The translations under genes and the position numbers were made by a program. A stretch of 64,000 bases of DNA from Paragordius varius (taxonomy: Eukaryota; Animalia; Nematomorpha): assembly GCA_964247055.1 (NCBI GenBank), contig OZ176050.1:10292001-10356000 (forward strand), in the 5' to 3' direction. Shown here one piece after another: positions 62,501-64,000 of the stretch (the stretch's first letter is position 1; every line of letters starts with the position of its first letter). The notes below the pieces were generated by a model. The model was given only the letters and a program-made list of their open reading frames with translations, searched no databases and had not been told where the DNA came from.

Positions 62501-64000
62501 TTTGTAGACTTCTGTTTTCAAAAAAAAACCGTTTTTCATACGGGGTGGGCCCGAACTGGGGGCCTATTTCAAAAAAAGGGCGAAGCTATTGTCGGGGCAT
62601 TTATTAAAGATTATATTTTTTCGATGTTTGGATTTGAATGAGTCTACCGGATTTCCTGTACCAGATCACAAAGCCAGCATTTTCCATTTTTATAAATATA
62701 TAGATTACCATAAATAATGTATTAATATCCATATATCTTTTAACATCCTATATATGATAGATACTCCTTACTCAGCAGCTATCAAAGATTGACTAAAATT
62801 TTTGCCTTTTAACAGGGAATATGTAGAATTCTTAATGAATTTTTACGGTCTCATATCTTGGTCGAAAAAAGATTTAAAAAAATATTTTTGGGGACTTTGT
62901 TTTTTGAAAAAAATGGCATTTTACGGGGGGAGCGGGTAAAAAGAGGGCCTAAATCAAAAAAGTGACTCGACTATGTTCGGCGCAATCGAAATTAAGTAAA
63001 CAAAAATCATATTTGAAATAGAATGGTCCAACACGTTCTCCGGAAAATTGTCTCAAAGACACGATTTTTGTAGACTTCTGTTTTCAAAAAAAAAACCGTT
63101 TTTCATACGGGGTGGGCCCGAACTGGGGGCCTATTTCAAAAAAAGGGCGAAGCTATTGTCGGGGCATTTATTAAAGATTATATTTTTTCGATGTTTGGAT
63201 TTGAATGAGTCTACCGGATTTCCTGTACCAGATCACAAAGCCAGCATTTTCCATTTTTATAAATATATAGATTACCATAAATAATGTATTAATATCCATA
63301 TATCTTTTAACATCCTATATATGATAGATACTCCTTACTCAGCAGCTATCATCAAAGAAACGCTTGACTAAAATTTTTGCCTTTTCACAGGGAATACGAA
63401 AAATCTTTCTCGAATTTTTACAGTCTCATACCGTGGGCAAAAAAATACAATCAAAAAATTATTTTTGTGGACTTTGTTTTTTTTGAAAAAAATGGCATTT
63501 TACGGGGGTAGCGGGTAAAAAGAGGGCCTAAATCAAAAAAGTGAGTCGACTATGTTCAGCGCGATCAAAAATAAGTAAACAAAATCATATTTGAAAAATT
63601 GAATGGATCAACACGTTCTCCAAAAAATTGACTTAACCCATTTTTCAAACGGGGTGGGCCCGAACTGGGGACCTAATTCCAAAAAAGGGCGAAGCTATTG
63701 TCGGGGCATTCATTAATGATTATATTTTTTTGATATTTGGATTTGATTGCGTTCACCGGTTTTCCGGAAACAGATCACAAAGTTACATGAGAAAACAGTT
63801 TTTAGCGGGTAGCTCCTTGCCCAGCAGCTATCATCATAGAAACGCTTGACTAAAATTTTTGCCTTTTAACAGGGAATATGTAGAATCCTTAATGAATTTT
63901 TACGGTCTCATACCTTGGTCGAAAAATAGATTTAAAAAAATATTTTTGTGGACTTTGTTTTTTGAAAAAAAATGGCATTTTACGGGAGGAGCGGGTAAAA
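56517..64000 (-). mobile_element. Helitron family B 3' end followed by a Helitron-derived tandem array that runs off the window
   Basis: 56517-56550 matches the 3' end of the 40618 copy (CTAG plus the CTCGGGCTG...CAGCACGAG hairpin on the minus strand). The downstream sequence is repeated Helitron interior and 5' end. Confidence 0.8.
57090..64000. repeat. Tandem array with ~565-570-bp monomer (11 copies of the 5'-terminus-bearing unit) and a 2265-bp higher-order repeat
   Basis: The recurring ORF-track entries are spaced 565-571 bp apart, and variant-matched monomers recur at 2264-2265 bp (59001/61266, 59566/61831, 60131/62396, 60784/63048). Confidence 0.97.

Noticed and set aside
57133-63284. 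Family of repeated 60-106 aa ORFs (MNGPTRSPENC..., MTRLCSA...), also 40946..41320
   Set aside because: They arise from the non-coding Helitron-derived monomer; homopolymer length changes shift frames freely between copies and no domain motif is present.

Overview
A strongly AT-rich, intron-containing animal genomic window; the organism cannot be identified from the sequence alone. It holds six spliced protein-coding genes: a 5'-partial RYK/Derailed receptor pseudokinase (+), ZCCHC24 (+), PCYT2 (+), TRA2 (+), PGAP2 (+) and UTP25 (-). Mobile elements include a DD34E IS630/Tc1-like DNA transposon with long minisatellite-bearing TIRs inside a PCYT2 intron, decayed non-LTR retrotransposon fragments, several MITEs, and non-autonomous Helitrons with two different 3' ends. 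The last ~7.5 kb is a Helitron-derived tandem array. Two signals stand out. (1) Six ultra-short 23-28 nt GT-AG introns (plus one of 33 nt) are needed to restore conserved reading frames in PGAP2, TRA2, UTP25 and PCYT2, and they coexist with kb-long introns in the same genes. (2) The ~565-bp array monomer carries a Helitron 5' terminus in each copy but only one 3' terminus is visible, and the array has a 2265-bp higher-order repeat. Exon boundaries were inferred by hand from splice signals and remembered family consensus sequences; no database search was run.
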